Source: Escherichia coli (GTDB taxonomy: Bacteria > Pseudomonadota > Gammaproteobacteria > Enterobacterales > Enterobacteriaceae). Taken from it: a DNA stretch of 64,000 bases. The DNA is taken from NCBI RefSeq assembly GCF_013315695.1, contig NZ_CP054353.1; one strand, written 5' to 3'. The first letter of the stretch is position 1. Each line of letters opens with the position of its first letter. The translations under genes and the position numbers were made by a program. The notes beneath the pieces are model-generated. The model did not search any database and had not been told where the DNA came from. It saw nothing but the letters and a program-made list of their open reading frames with translations. Positions 63,119-64,000 of this stretch are shown here, piece after piece.

Positions 63119-63644
63119 GACATCATTGCTGCCCCCTTCCGCCACAGAATTCATACGCAAAGCAGAGCGTGGCGGTGAACGGTTAATGGCGCTGCCCGTC
63201 GGTATTCGCCATCTCTGGGATCCTGACTCATGCCCCGTGCAGCTGCTGCCTTATCTGGCATGGGCGTTGTCGGTTGACAGATGGGATCAGAACTGGCCGG
63301 AGGAAACCAAGCGGCAGGTCATTCGCGATTCATGGGATATTCACCGGCATAAAGGCACCATCAAAGCCATTCGCCGGGTTGTTGAGCCGTTTGGTTATGT
63401 GATCAGGGTAACCGAATGGTGGGAAACCAACGAAACACCAGGAACATTCCGGCTGGATATCGGCGTACTGGATATCGGGATCACCGAAGAGATGTACAGG
63501 GAAGTCGAACGCCTGGTGGCCGACGCGCGCCCGGTCAGTCGCCACCTGATCGGCCTGAACATCATTCAGGACGTACCGGGTTACATGTACACCGGCGGCA
63601 TCGCCTACGACGGCGACATCATTACAATTTATCCGGCAGAGTAG
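63111..63644 (+). CDS. P2 gpI-like baseplate/tail-fibre attachment protein
   Basis: 177 aa; synteny. Confidence 0.85.
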   Translation: MNKTSLLPPSATEFIRKAERGGERLMALPVGIRHLWDPDSCPVQLLPYLAWALSVDRWDQNWPEETKRQVIRDSWDIHRHKGTIKAIRRVVEPFGYVIRVTEWWETNETPGTFRLDIGVLDIGITEEMYREVERLVADARPVSRHLIGLNIIQDVPGYMYTGGIAYDGDIITIYPAE

Positions 63645-63650
63645 AGCACT

Positions 63651-64000
63651 ATGAGCGTGAAATTTAAAACTGTGATCACTAAAAGCGGCGCAGCAAAAAT
63701 CGCCGCAGCGACCAGCGCATCAGGAAAAAAAGTCAACATCACGCACATGGCCGTTGGTGATGGTGACGGTAATTTACCTACCCCCTCCTCATCCCAGAAA
63801 AAACTTATTCGTGAGGTCTGGCGCGGCACACCAAATAAGGTCGTTCAGGACAGCAAAAAACCAAACCAGATTATTGCTGAGCTGGTCATCCCTCCTGATG
63901 CCGGTGGATTCTGGATGCGTGAAATTGGGTTGTTTGATGACTCGGGAACGCTGATCGCTGTTGCCAATATGGCCGAAAGCTACAAACCGCTGCTGTCTGA
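63651..64000 (+). CDS. P2 gpH-like tail fibre protein, N-terminal part (continues beyond window)
   Basis: Start MSVKFKTVITKSGAAKIAAATSASGKKVNITHMAVGDGDG, the conserved N-terminus of P2-type tail fibres; open to the window end. Confidence 0.8.
   Translation, partial: MSVKFKTVITKSGAAKIAAATSASGKKVNITHMAVGDGDGNLPTPSSSQKKLIREVWRGTPNKVVQDSKKPNQIIAELVIPPDAGGFWMREIGLFDDSGTLIAVANMAESYKPLLS

Larger units (their letters stand above)
36330..64000. mobile_element. P2-family prophage (left boundary approximate; continues past window end)
   Basis: int - C-like repressor - cox-like - early genes - A - [cargo] - Q P (leftward) - O N M L X Y K spanins - R S V W J I H, the P2 gene order. Confidence 0.85.

Overview
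This window is an Escherichia/Shigella-type chromosomal segment in three parts. (1) 1-14953 is a conserved core: ihfB (first codons), rpsA, cmk, ycaL, then a complete IS4 (3713-5138, 13-bp target duplication), then aroA, serC, ycaP, ycaO, focA, pflB, pflA. (2) 15100-27337 is a five-gene minus-strand operon for a c-di-GMP-controlled cellulose-synthase-like exopolysaccharide machine: EAL phosphodiesterase, GGDEF cyclase, BcsA-like GT2/PilZ synthase, BcsB-like subunit, BcsC-like TPR/outer-membrane subunit. The BcsB-like gene is split by a complete IS1 (19978-20745, 9-bp target duplication) and the operon shows a sharp base-composition break. It is followed by a 1.1-kb AT-rich leader, frameshifted ycaM, ycaD, ycaC and dmsCBA. 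(3) From about 36.3 kb to the window end is a P2-family prophage (int, C-like repressor, Cox-like, early genes, exonuclease, Dam methylase, replication gene A, Q-P-O-N-M-L-X-Y-K, spanins, R-S-V-W-J-I and the start of H). Its cargo includes a NanS-p-like SGNH esterase moron, a near-perfect 829-bp tandem duplication in front of gene A, and unassigned small or membrane proteins at the early region and at the A-to-Q (tin/old-equivalent) position. No rRNA, tRNA or CRISPR array was found. All calls rest on reading the ORF translations, motifs and synteny from memory; no database search was run.
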